A stretch of DNA of 64,000 bases, taken from positions 54,686,001 to 54,750,000 of the forward strand of contig CM059432.1 of the NCBI GenBank assembly GCA_030390025.1, in the 5' to 3' direction. The position numbers and the translations under genes are program-made. Below are positions 1 to 12,235 of the stretch, one piece after another. This DNA comes from Squalus acanthias (taxonomy: Eukaryota). Numbering within the stretch: position 1 is the stretch's first letter; every line of letters starts with the position of its first letter. Under the pieces are notes generated by a model that ran no database searches, was not told the origin of the DNA, and saw only the letters and a program-made list of their open reading frames with translations.

Positions 1-5
1 TGTAC

Positions 6-362
6 CACCTCCGGTGCTGCCGACTCCTTCCGGGTCCGCGCTGTCCTCGGGTCCCGCTCTCTTTATTCTCTACCTCCGGTGCTGCCGACTCCTTCCAGGT
101 CCGCGCTGTCCTCGGGTCCCGCTCTCTTTATTCTCCACCTCCGGTGCTGCCGACTCCTTCCGGGTCCGCGCTGTCCTCGGGTCCCGCTCTCTTTATTCTC
201 TGCCTCCGGTGCTGCCGACTCCTTCCAGGTCCGCGCTGTCCTCGGGTCCCGCTCTCTTTATTCTCTGCCTCCGGTGCTGCCGACTCCTTCCAGGTCCGCG
301 CTGTCCTCGGGTCCCGCTCTCTTTATTCTCTACCTCCGGTGCTGCCGACTCCTTCCGGGTCC
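6..362. repeat. 65-bp GC/CpG-rich minisatellite, ~5.5 copies
   Basis: Unit cctccggtgctgccgactccttcc(g/a)ggtccgcgctgtcctcgggtcccgctctctttattctc(ta/ca/tg) recurs at 8, 73, 138, 203, 268 and 333. This explains the three repetitive ORFs at 14-389. Confidence 0.97.
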
Positions 363-1058
363 TTTAGGTGTCTTTGGGGATTAAGGTAGCCCTCACTTCA
401 GGGCTTTTCATGAAAGCTTGAGGACATTGAAAAGAATTAAGTTATTCTCCAGTTTGATGCACAACTGACAGCAATTATTTTTTTCATTATTTGTCTTTCC
501 TGCTAAACAAAATATATGTTGCTTCAGATGTTTTTCCTATCTTGAGTAAGATTAACAAATCCCAGCTCGTTCCAAGAAAGGAGGGAGACAGAAAGCAGGA
601 AACTATAGGCCAGTTAGCCTAACATCTGTCATTGGGAAAATGCTGGAATCCATTATTAAGGAAGTAGTAGCAGTACATTTAGAAAATCATACTACAATCA
701 AGCAGAGTCAGCATGGTTTTATGAAAGGGAAATCGTGTTTGACAAATTTACTAAAGTTCTTTGAGGATGTAACGAGCAGGGTGGATCAAGGGGAACCAGT
801 AGATGTTGTGCATTTGGATTTCCAGAAGGCATTCGATAAGGTGCCACATAAAAGGTTACTGCACAAGATAAGAGCTCACGGGGTTGGGGGTAATATATTA
901 GCATGGATAGAGGATTAGCTAACTAACAGAAAACAGAGAGTCAGGATAAATGGGTAATTTTCAGGTTGGCAAACTGTAACTAGTGGGGTGCCACAGGGAT
1001 CAGTGCTGGGGCCTCAACTATTTACAATCTATATTAATGACTTGGATGAAGGGACCAA

Positions 1059-1770
1059 GGGGTAAAAATTGGGTAGCTACCTTCGGATTAACGCCCCGAA
1101 AAATGTTGGCACCCCCGCGGCCGATTTTCCCAAGTAGCACCCCGAGAGGGAGGAGGGGCACTACTGGAAGCTCCCCGCGTCTCTCTTGGGGCGCTGCGAG
1201 CCAATATCGTGGCGCTACGTGCCGCGGTACTGCAGGCCTTCCTCCCCTTATTAAAGGGGAGGGGCCTGGCGCAGTGCATCCCGGTGCCCAGCTGGGCCAC
1301 CAGGGATTGGAGTGCCGGCAAATGAGCCCGGCACTCAAGAGGAGTGCCGGGCTCACGGAGAGCAACCAGCACCCTGCGGGGGGGCTTCACGGGGGCCGGG
1401 GACAGCAACGGGGGCAGGTGCTGGCAGGCAGCCAGCAACAAATATGGCCACCCATCACCTCCCCTTTAACTAGCACCGCCCCGGCCGCAGGTAGTCCCCC
1501 CTGACCCCGGCGGATATAGCGTCCGGCGGTAAGCCAGGGGTCGCCACCCAATATTACAGTGGGGGCGTGAGTGGGGCGCTGCGCACAGCGATGATGTCAT
1601 CACCAGCAGCGCAGCGCCGCGCGGCGCTAACGGTTAGCGCCGCCACTAACCTCCCGCTGAATTTCGCAGGAGGCGTTAGCGGTGCCGCGCCCAGGCGCTA
1701 GTTGATTTGCGCCCCATTAGCACCCTCTTATGGCGCTAACAGGAGGCGCAAATCAACCGAATTTAGCCCC
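1059..1770. mobile_element. PIF/Harbinger MITE (712 bp), related to the autonomous element at 20423-24585
   Basis: Imperfect TIRs GGGGTAAAAATTGGGT / AACCGAATTTAGCCCC. 3-bp TSD CAA at 1056-1058 and 1771-1773. The last ~65 bp closely match 24521-24585. Confidence 0.9.
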
Positions 1771-1842
1771 CAAGTGTACTGTTGCCAAATTTACTGACAA
1801 TACAAAGATAGGTGGGAAAGCAAGTTGTGAGGAGGACACAAA

Positions 1843-4556
1843 GGCCGAAATTTTGATTGAGGAGGCGGGTTGACGGTGGGCCCGCTGGTCGGCGTCTTCC
1901 CGACCCACTCCCGGTTGCCGTCGCCCCGCAGATGAGATTTTACGCTGATTGGCCTCGTTACTGCCGATGTGTGGGTCCCTCCAGGTTATTGCTTGCAGAG
2001 TGTCAGATGCTTGTGTCTGATGATGCATTGTTTCAGTAAAGATTTAAAGGGGCCATTTAAAGGCTGCACCCAGGTTCAATGAGGGCTCCCTCCATGCTCT
2101 TGTGGAGGGAGTTAAAGGACATCAGGAGGTCCTCTTTCCCGGAAAAGGAAGGAGGAGGCCTCCTCAGCAAACCAAGGCAGCTTGGATGCAAATTGCTGAG
2201 GAGGTGAGTTCAAGGTCTGTGTGCAGACGCACATGGGTTCAGTGTCGAAAAAGGTTTAATGCTCTGCTGAGTATAACATCACACTTACCTTCAATCTGCC
2301 TTCCATCTCTTATCATCCCCATCAATCTGCATTGGGAACCTTCCCCTGCACATCCCAACTCACTGTAACATCCCTTGCACCCTCACCCATCCCTCTCTTT
2401 CTCTGTACAGAATCACATCCCCATCTTGATATGCAACACTCACACCCTTATGCAATGCCTACAACTTAAAATGCTCAGGGAGGGAAGATGGTTAGTGCAC
2501 TTCACTCCTTCACAGTCTGCCTTTAAATATCTATGTCATGCATTCTTAACACTCACACCATCAGTCTCTCTCAAACTCCACTGTGTCCCTCACTTCAGGA
2601 GAAGAGAGCCCACAATAAAAGGGAGAGTTGGAGGACAGGAGGAGGACCACCATCCCTGGCTCACCTTCGACCGCTAAGGAGGCAGCCCTGGAGATCGTTG
2701 GAGATGCAGAGGAGTTGGCAGTGGGGTACAGAGAGATGGGCATAGAACAGCAAGCTGGTGAGAGAATTCATTTCCAACCCTCTGATTTAGCAATCATGAG
2801 TGACTAATATGGGATATGATGTTCATAGAGAATGAGTACTGAGCATCTGCACAATGCCATGTATGTGCAACCTACATTTCACTTGTCTAACTCATGCATT
2901 TACTCCCCCACAGGACCATCGAGAGCCCCGCTCCCCACTGTACAGGAGGAAGAGCAGGAGTACTCCTCAGAGGAGCCACCAGCCTCTGAGGGAGCAGCGT
3001 CACCAGCACTCAGCGCACCCAGCATCAGCGCAGAGACGCACACCTCGGTGGGTTTTGTGCGAGATAAAGTAGTGTTGTCACCTGGTGTATCACAGCTCAC
3101 AGGTGAGCAGGAGCAGATGTTGGAGGCAGGGACAGCAGTGGAGAGTCGGAGGAGGAGGACGCTGGGCTCTCCAAACTCTGCTCAGCTGCATGTAGACGTT
3201 GAGTCTCTGGGGCCATCCAGAAGGAGAGCCGTGCTGGAGCTTCAGGAACAAGTGCAGGAGGCTCTGAGTGGGTTTTTTCCACGGTAACTGCGAGTGTGCA
3301 GAGAATGGAGGAATCCAAGCTAAGCATGAGCAATGCCGTGGTGAACGTTATGGGCAATATAGGTGCTGCAATGGAAAGGATGGCAACATCCAGGGAGCAC
3401 ATAAATCGCCAGACTCAGGAGAGCATGGTAACACTTCTAAATAGATGGTCATCCATGGAGGATAGATGGACATCTATTGAGGAGAGAAACCAGAGGTTCA
3501 TAGACGTCCCAGCTATGAGGACTGTCAGTACAGAGACGGGTTCACATGGCCCCACCGATGTGCAGCAAGGTGCTCTCCAGCAACTTGCTAGCAGTGAAGT
3601 GCCGGTGACCCACGAGAGGGACGGTGATGTATGAGTACAAGGAAGTGGGGGCTCCTCTCCAAGTGCTCACACTCCCTTGCCACTGCCGAGCCCTCGATCA
3701 GAGCCCCATCTGCCTGAGGCAACAGAAATGGCCGAGTCTGCCCCTGCACAGCCGCAGGAGGAGTGGACTTTGGCGGGGCTCTCGAAGGCTCCCAAAACCA
3801 GAGGACGGCTGCCAAAGGTGTCTAAGCAGGAGCAGCCGGGAAGTGAGCAGCCAGCCACCACATCTGCTGAAGCCACAGGGGTCTCACAACGTAGAAGCAT
3901 TCGTAAGACAACGATGTCACGTTAGTTATCACAAGTGTTCTCACTTGGGTGGTATGATATAATTATTTGAAAAGTTTTTGTTCATAGCGATGTTTGTTAT
4001 AAATTTATGTTGAACCAAGGTTTGGCATCGTTGTGGTGACAACTTGAGGTGGCACAGTTTAGGGTAAGTGTGCCTTTAAAATCCAGCAATGCTGGTTAGA
4101 GTGCATCTATAGTGCCCAACACAGACTCGCAGAATAAAAACAGAATATGCCCCCCAAATGACTCAATCACCAAGCTTAGAGATTTCTAAATGACTAGATT
4201 GAAGAAGACTGCAGCTTTTACACTGCAGTTGCAGCTCTGGAGTCTGCAGCTAGCTGGTGTTCACGCCACACTTACCTGGGGTATTGTCCGGACATCGTAA
4301 AACCCAACCCAGAAGCTGGAAAATAAAAAAAGACCCTGAAAATTGCTCACAAGTACCTGTTAATAGGCAGTTAATTGCCTTTAATCCATTTCCCACTGCT
4401 AGGCGTCGGGTCCATTCGCAAATCGGGGACCTGACACTTGGGAAGGTTATGTGGAGGCGGGATGATGGCGGGTTCGGAACCCGCCATCAATCAAAATGAA
4501 TTTAACCTCTGACCCACCTCCAAACCCGCCCTCTGAGCGGCGGCAAATTCGCAGCC
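1843..4556 (+). mobile_element. Non-autonomous PIF/Harbinger element (2.7 kb) carrying only a decayed Myb/SANT gene
   Basis: Termini GGCCGAAATTTTG / CAAATTCGCAGCC. TSD AAA at 1840-1842 and 4557-4559. It interrupts CR1 ORF2 exactly. No transposase motifs are seen inside. Confidence 0.88.
2063..3925 (+). pseudogene. Harbinger Myb/SANT-like (trihelix-type) DNA-binding protein pseudogene, 3 exons (~2063-2268, 2599-2757, 2914-3925)
   Basis: Exon 1 reads AAPRFNEGSLHALVEGV...AAWMQIAEEVSSRSVCRRTWVQCRKRFN and exon 2 reads EKRAHNKRESWRTGGGPP. The start codon and first donor site appear deleted, and exons 2 and 3 carry frameshifts. The architecture matches 20782-22601. Confidence 0.85.
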
Positions 4557-6286
4557 AAAGAATCTGCAAAGGGATATAGATAGGCTAAGTGAGTGGGCAA
4601 AAATTTGGCAGATGGAGTATAATGTGGGAAAATATGAGGTTATCCACTTTGGTAGGAAGAATAAAAAAGCAAAATATTATTTAAATGGAGAGATACTACA
4701 GAATGCTGCGGTGCAGAGGGATGTGGGTGTCCTCGTACATGAAACACAAAAAGTTAGCATGCAGGTACAGCAAGTAATTAGGAAGGCAAATAGAATGTTG
4801 GCCTTTATTGCAAGGGGAATGGAGTATAAAAGTAGGGAAGTCTTGCTACAACTGTACAGGGCGTTGGTGAGACCACACCTGGATTACTGCGTACTGTTTT
4901 GGTCTCCTTATTTAAGGAGGGATATATTTGCGTTGGAGGCAGCTCAGAGAAGATTCACGAGGTTGATTCATGAGTTGAAGAGGTTGTCTTATGAGGAAAG
5001 GTTGAGCAGGTTGGGCCTATACTCATTGGAGTTTAGAAGAATGAGAGGTGATCTTATCGAAACATATAAGATTCTGAGGGGGCTTGACAGGGTAGATGCA
5101 GGGAGGATGTTTCCCCTCGTGGGGGAATCTAGAACTAGGGGGCATAGTTTCAGAATAAGGGGTCGCCCATTTAAGACGGAGATGAGGAGGAATTTCTTCT
5201 CTCAGAGGGTCGTGAATCTTTGTAATTCTCTACTCCAGAGAGCTGTGGAGGCGGAATCATTGATTATATTCAAGGCTGAGATAGACAGATTTTTGAAAAA
5301 CAGGGGAGTCAAGGGTTATGAGGAGTGGGCAGGAAAGTGGAGTTGAGGCCAAGATCAGATCAGCCATGATCTTATTGAATGGCGGAGCAGGCTCGAGGGG
5401 CCGAATGGCCTACTTCTGCTCCTATTTCTTATGTTCTTATGTTCCTCACAAGCCTTATATATAGCTGGTTATAGCAATATGATAAGAATAAGCAGAAGAA
5501 AATTTGCAGGCAATGCAACCAAGTATTAGAAGTATAGTTTGATCATAAATGGAAACATCTCAATATTTAAAGAAAACTATTTTCAAAAAGATTGTTACAG
5601 CTAGAATGAAATAAATATTGTATAAACAAACACATTTGATTGCCAAAATAACAGTCCAGAATGACATGGTGTTGTTTTGACATATGGGAGTCTTCCGTAT
5701 GATCAATGCAAATGCAGAAATTGAAATTGACTGCACATCCTCCTTAAAATTGTTTGAATGACAACAATTTAACAGGAGTAGGTTTATAAAAGCCCAAGTA
5801 AGTGCATCCTGTTTTGCAATTACAAACAGCTGACACTGGGGTGAATCTTTCCCCAACTATGAATTAAAGGTGAGAGGAAATTTCCACCAATGTTAACATG
5901 TTTATCACTGAAAACACCTGATTTTAAACACACTCTTCCAAAGATTATGTAAAATGATTTTTCAGTCGTTCTGTTATAGAAATAGAACACAAAAACTAGT
6001 GAATGCAATATACTCATGAGCAATTCATATTATAAGTCAATATTCAGATGGAAAAGGTCATTTGTTAATTAAATTTGAGCCTTGAAATTCCATGGGCTAC
6101 CATCCCAGCAATTGTCAGCTCTGTACCCTACCAGTGGGACCCACATGCACCCTTTTGGAGGCTGATACGCCTCATCTTTCTCAGTGTAATGGCCATCAGT
6201 GATATAAGCTCTCCATCCAGGGCCAGGATTGGGAACTCCTAGCTTAGGGAGTCGCCGTCCTTGGCCCCGACCCGCCATTTGCCTTT

Positions 6287-7725
6287 TACATAGAATTAAC
6301 TAGAATATACAGCACAGAAACAGGCATTTCAGCCCAACTAGTCTGTGTTGATGCTTATAGTCCACGAGTCTCCTCCCATTCCATCTACCTCATCCCAGCC
6401 TTTCAGCATATCTTTCTATTTCCTTTTCTCACATGTACTCGTCTAGTTTCCTTTTGAAAGCATCTAAGCTATTTGTCTCAACCACTTCCTGTGGTAGCAA
6501 GTTCCACATTCTAACCACTCTCTGAGTAACAAAATTTCTCCTTATTTCCCTATTGGATTTATTGGTAACTATTATATTTATGGCCCATAGTTTTGGATTC
6601 TCCCACAAGTGGAAACATTCTCTCCACATCTAGCCTCAGGCTACAGGACGATATAGACGGGTTGGTCAGATGGGCAGAACAGTGGCAAATGGAATTTAAC
6701 CCTGAAAAGTGTGAGGTGATGCATTTTGGGAGGACTAACAAGGCAAGGGAATACACAATGAATGGTAGGACCCTAGGAAGGACAGAGGATCAGAGTGACC
6801 TTGGTGTGCATGTACATAGATCCCTGAAGGCAGCAGAATAGGTAGATAAGGTGGTTAAAAAGGCATATGGGATAATTGCCTTCATTAGCCGAGGCATAGA
6901 ATATAAGAGCAGGGAGGTTATGATGGAGCTGTACAAAATGCTAGTTAGGCCACAGCTGGAATATTGTGTGCAGTTCTGGTCGCCACACTATAGGAAGGAC
7001 GTGATTGCATTGGAGAGTGCGCAGAGGAGATTCACCAGGATGTTACCTGGGCTGGAGCGCTTCAGCTATGAAGAGAGACTGGACAGGCTGGGGTTGTTTT
7101 CCTTAGAGTAGAGAAGGCTGAGGGGGGACCTGATTGAGGTGTACAAAATTATGAGGGGCATAGATAGAGTAGATAGAAAGGAACTTTTCCCCTTAGTAGA
7201 GGGGTCAATAACCAGGGGGCATAGTTTCAAGGTAAGGGGCAGAAGGTTTAGAGGGGATTTGAGAAAAAACTTTTTCACCCAGAGGGTGGTTGGAATCTGG
7301 AACTCACTGCCTGAAAGGGTGGTAGAGGCAGGAACCCTCACAACATTCAAGAAGCATTTAGATGAGCACTTGAAACGCCATAGCATACAAGGCTACGGAC
7401 CAAGTGCTGAAAAATATTAGAATAGACAGGGATTGATGGCCGGCGCGGACATGATGGGCCGAAGAGCCTCTTTCTGTGCTGTATAACTCTATGACTCTAT
7501 GACCCTGTCCAACCCATTCATAATTTTAAAGACCTCTATCGGGTCTCCTCTAATTCTTCTCTTTTCTAAAGAAAAAGCCTCAACCTGTTCAATCTTTCCA
7601 GATAGCTGTGATCTATCAGTTCTGGTGCCATCCTTGTAAATCTTTTTTACACATTCTCCAGTGCTACTATGTCCTTCTTATAATATGTGCACAGTACTAG
7701 TGTGGCCTGACCAGAGTCCTATACA
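6287..7725 (-). mobile_element. Older CR1 LINE 3' fragment, interrupted by a younger plus-strand CR1
   Basis: Minus-strand RRNFVTQRVVRMWNLLP (6429-6629). The sequence ...tctccacatcta continues as ccctgtccaaccc at 7503. Confidence 0.8.
6631..7502 (+). mobile_element. CR1 LINE 3' fragment
   Basis: RLQDDIDGLVRWAEQWQMEFNPEKC, LVRPQLEYCVQFWSP and RKNFFTQRVV motifs, followed by an (ACTCTATG)n tail. Confidence 0.93.
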
Positions 7726-7984
7726 ATGAACCAAGACCAGCAGAAGCCTTTGTGGCTTGCTATGTGAGTTGATCAAGTGCGTGTGAGTTAAGATTTCCTT
7801 TTTAATCTAAATTTCAGGAAGCTTTGACCTGTGTGCTTACATCACTGACCTTTGCCCTGCCAATTTCAAGACATAACGTAGAGGCAGAGGGTGGAAGTCA
7901 ACAATATGCCATACCAACCACACCTATCTGAATTTGACCCCCATTGTGAAGACTTCATAGCACACATCAATCAATAGGGGGTAA

Positions 7985-8166
7985 GGCTGTGGATACTAGG
8001 ACAATTGGAACTTTCATGTCTGAGATTGATACATTTTTGTTAGGCGAGGGTATCAAGGGATATGGAGCTAAGGCCGGTAAATGGTATTGAGATACAGATC
8101 AGCCATGATCTAATTGAATGTTGCAGCAGACTCAAGAGGCTGAATGGCCTACTCCTGTTCCTATGT
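7985..8166 (+). mobile_element. CR1 3' end remnant
   Basis: gatcagccatgatctaattgaatg...gaatggcctactcctgttcctatgt resembles the CR1 3' UTR at 5355-5444. Confidence 0.8.
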
Positions 8167-8325
8167 CTCTTTATCTCCCAAATACGTTGGGGAAAATAAT
8201 TGTTTTGCAATAACTGTGCACCTATAACTTTAAGATTATGTCAAAAATAAAATCTGCATCTTACCCTCATCTACCATTTAAACCTTTGGCTCATCAGTTT
8301 ACTTGTATTTCTTAATGTTATGTCA

Positions 8326-9799
8326 TGTAAGATTCTCAAAATTCACAGATCCCCCAAAACTCGAAGACAAACCCGAAGGAAAAGGACTTTGGACTCTTTT
8401 CTAACTATTACAGGGTGGTGGAATGCATTGGGCCTAACCGAAGGATATTTTAGAGCAAAAACCAAGATTTGGTATTTTAAAAGACATGTCTGGACTTGTA
8501 AGGGAGAAAAGGCTGTAAAGGAAGGTGGGGTCAACCTCTGTAAAAACAGTTTGGGTATTGGAGTTAATGGAAACTGTCTGGGGAACCGCATGACCTCGCT
8601 GGGAGCTAAATCTGCCCCTATCAGACATTAACATCCTAACAATAAACCCGAGGAAAAGCAGTCTCCACCCAAATTTACACAGCCCATTAAAGACATGCAT
8701 AAAACAGATCATCTCGACCTACTCTAGAAATCCCAGGCCCAGTCAAGAAACTCAAAACTTGGGAACCATCAACTATGATTAAGTGGCAAATCGACAGGAT
8801 GGAGCCATCCCAAAACCACTTCACACATTAGCAAACAAGTTACAATTTACGAGCCCGCCAAAATCTAATCTGATTTGGCGCGCAGATAAGGAAGCTTCAA
8901 TTGGTATAATTGAAGGCCCGTTCTCAACCTGAAAAAGAAGAAAAAGGAAGAAGGATAAGTTCATCCACGGAGGCATTCATCGCAACACAGTTCTCCAGCA
9001 CCACCGTTCAGCATTCCGTGTCCAGCCAGAAGGTCCACAGCTCGAAGGCCAGACCATTCAACAAAGTAGGCCAACACATGGAAGAAACCAGAACGACCGT
9101 CTCAGTGACCATCAGACACCTCGCGGCAACAAGGGCCTCACGAAAACAACCAACTGAACATGACCACCAATATTGGGCCACCGCGACCAAAGAAAACCAA
9201 CTCGGAGAAAAACCGAAGATCCGCAAAGTTTCCACTCTACAATCTACTCCTGACTTACCCCTGGGTAAGGTTTTCCCTAAAAAACTCTAAACCCTACTTC
9301 TAAACCAAAGAAAAGTGGGTACTTACCTGATAGATCCAATACGCACCCTACCGCATCAGCGGACTCGCGAAGACTGACCAGCTACGCAGTTGAAGTCCTC
9401 GACCGCGTACGGGGTACGGCAGACACCAACCAACATATAGAGCGAACCCCAAAACCGCGAACTAGCCGAACTGTCAAGGATTCTGGTGAGTATCATCCCT
9501 GGTCCTCTGGAGTCCAACCTAGCTAGTGAAGTGGGATTGGGAGGGGTGAAGTATTCTTCTAATGTTATTTCCCTCGCTTGTACCGAAGTGTTCCCCACTT
9601 TTATTAGAGTGTTAAGAGTGTTTGTGTTGTGTTTTACTCTCTTGAATAAAGATCAAAGTTCTTGCATCAAAACCAGTTGTCTGCTGCACTTTTTGTCACA
9701 ACCCCCAAATAAGTCCAAGGTCTAGAACCAAGGGTGTGGGAGCGATTCAAACCGCTCAGAAGTCAGAGGTGAAGCTGACACAAACCACCACCCCCTACA
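8326..9799 (+). mobile_element. Solo LTR (~1.47 kb), probably Gypsy-type
   Basis: TGTA...TACA termini. 4-bp flanks GTCA/GTCG (a TSD with one mismatch). TATAA at ~8905 and AATAAA at ~9645. Composition is distinct from the flanks and there is no coding homology. Confidence 0.75.
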
Positions 9800-10537
9800 G
9801 TCGGGGTAGTGTTTATTGTATAGAACTGAACGTTTGGTAAGTATAATTCAGTATTGTTTAGTATGGATACTAGTAACACCCTAAACATTTTACCAAAATG
9901 TATATTTAATAAAATATGCTGATTATATAGCAATAAAATATTTATTGCAAAAGGCAGCCTTTTAAAATCACAAAATGGACCAACTTCAGTGGCAAAATAA
10001 CTATAGTGATTGTGTTGCTTTCTTTCAAAATTAATTTTACTGATACAAAATTGACTTCTAGTCCACAGAGAAAATTCAGTGTCAACTCCAGAGTTTATAA
10101 CACAGTAAACAATGAAATATCGTGCTGAATTTGTTTATTAAATTTTGTCTGTTGTTTAGTGTGCTATTGCAAGTCAACGTGAAGATATCCTGCAATATTT
10201 CCCTTTTACTGCTGCCAAAAACACCAAAGTGGTTCCTATAATATTCAGCTTGTTCCTACATTAATCTGGCTGAAGTTCTGTTAACACTACTGCCTCCTCC
10301 AAAAGACTCTCATCCATGCTATTCAATGGCAATTTTTTTTATTTAAACTGGCAATAATCCCTGTGCTGTTCATGCACCTCACAAGAGGGATGCATTTCAC
10401 CCCACCCCAAAATTCACTAAAGCAATGATCCAATGACACTGACTCAAAAAACAAGCATAGCAACATTCTTTCATACTACTGCCAACTCCAGAATCAGGCT
10501 CCTAGGTTGACCGCAAATCACACTGTGAGGCTCATCA

Positions 10538-12235
10538 GGGCCTGATTTGCATGGGAAACCTTTGTTTCTCACCTGCAGCCAGCCAGATTGAGAGGCTGGC
10601 TGGCTGCGGGTGGGTAGGCCTGTGGCACTAGGCCGCATGGAGGAGGGAAAGAGGGAGGGATCGCGAGGGGGCTGGAGGGTGGCCGGAGGAGCACGGGGAG
10701 GGCCAGAGGAGTGGGTGGGGTGTAGGGAGAGATTGTGGGCAGGAGTGAAGCGATCATGGGCTGGAGAAGCGGAGTGGGGTCGGGAACGACCGGGGGCTGG
10801 AGCAGAATGAAATCAATGTGAAGGTGTGAGGTTGCCGTACTTACCCACTAGTTACCCAGAAAAAGTTAGGGCTGGTGCATTCAGGTGTAAGTGAATTTTT
10901 AACGGTGTGATCAGTCATAATTACTGCCAAACGCCCTCTCTGGCCCTGAAAATTTTATTTTACAAGTGTGGAGTCTCATTCCTTCAGAATTTAATTAGTG
11001 TTGGAGAATTTTATTAATTAATTTTTTTGTTTTACTTTTTCAGTCTGTCTCTTTTATCTCTCTTATTTAATCCCATCTTTCTTTCCCAATCTTTATTTTG
11101 CATTCAGTACATTATTTAAATGTAATTTATACTTCCTGCTTTATACTTCCTGGTTTTAACTCTGCGGGCTGGATTTTGTGAATGGAGGCGAGTTGGAGGC
11201 GGGACTGCTGCTTGTCGTGTCAATGTCCCGCCTCCATCCTCGCCTGACCAATCAGAGGGATTTTCCCCTGATTGAGCTTGTTAAGCCCGCCCTGCGAGCT
11301 CAGCAGGCCAATAAGGGAGGAAGTCACTGATAGATCATGTCAATGTCAGACGTGCTATCTGTCAAGACATCTTGAAAGAAGAAATGACAGCGTTTGACAG
11401 CTCTGTGAAGCTGTCAAACACTGCCATTCTCTTTAGTTTGATGAGCCTTTGTGGTGGGGACTCATCAAACCTTTCAACTTTGTAAACTTCACATGTCTGT
11501 AAGATCGGAGGATCCAACTGCCATTATGTGAAATTGACAAGGAGAATATCGGCTCTCCCCATCCAGTGCGGCTAAAGGCTGTAGAAAGAAAACAAGGTAA
11601 GTGCACACTTTTTTAAACTTATCACTCACCTTACATACTTACCATTCCACACTTGTACCCATCACTCACCTCTACAGCCTTACTTCCAAATACCTCCGAC
11701 CAGCGCAGACCTCCTCCACGTCTCCTCCAACCCAACGGGGTTCTCCGAGGTCGGGAAGCCTTCACCTTTGAAGATAAAATGGCACTAATCCTTTTTTCTG
11801 CCTGTTAACTACCTGTTAACAGGCAGATAAAAGGATTAAATACCTTTCCCGCTTCCAGGAGACGGGACCCGAAGCTGCACATCTTCCCACCTCCTGGCAA
11901 AAGGGCACGGAGGCGGGATGGGGGCGCGTTTGCTATCTGCCCCCACTTTCTCTGATTTTACCGGCTGTCCCGCCTCCATGCCCACCTCATCGGGGCTTGG
12001 AAAATCCAGCCCTGCATGTCTCAGTGAGGATTCTTCAATCTGATTGGTTGAAGTGCCTCGCTGTTACTTGTCCTGCTCACAGATGCCACAGATCCCCTGT
12101 AGAGGGTGCCACGCTGAATCAGATGCCCGATGACAGCAGGTCTACGCTCAAAAGCCCGTAAAAGCTCTGTGGGCAGCTGTCAGCATAGTGAATGGCGAGC
12201 ACCGTTCCTTTGCTGCTGACCACAAAATCAGGGCC
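10538..12235. mobile_element. Harbinger-type MITE (host of a nested MITE), related to 51058-51769
   Basis: Termini GGGCCTGATTTGC / CAAAATCAGGGCC. Internal and 3' segments resemble 51290-51769. The TSD is not clear. Confidence 0.65.
11166..12012. mobile_element. Harbinger MITE (847 bp) nested in another MITE
   Basis: Perfect 12-bp TIR GGGCTGGATTTT / AAAATCCAGCCC. TSD TGC at 11163-11165 and 12013-12015. The empty site matches the paralogous sequence at ~51555-51605. Confidence 0.9.

Larger units (their letters stand above)
573..5444 (+). mobile_element. 5'-truncated CR1 LINE (ORF2 RT region + 3' UTR), split by two Harbinger insertions
   Basis: RT motifs QHGFMKGKSCLTNL and LDFQKAFDKVPH (640-918), continuing at 1774-1842 and 4560-5346 (LVRPHLDYC...RRNFFSQRVV). 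(ATGTTCTT)n tail at ~5427-5444. The reading phase is restored after removing both insertions and one copy of each TSD. Confidence 0.95.

Noticed and set aside
14..389. Three overlapping repetitive ORFs, and a possible CRISPR-like array
   Set aside because: They are products of a 65-bp tandem repeat. There are no unique spacers and the context is eukaryotic.
8910..9725. ORFs inside the LTR-like element
   Set aside because: They are short, several have non-ATG starts, and none shows gag/pol/env motifs.
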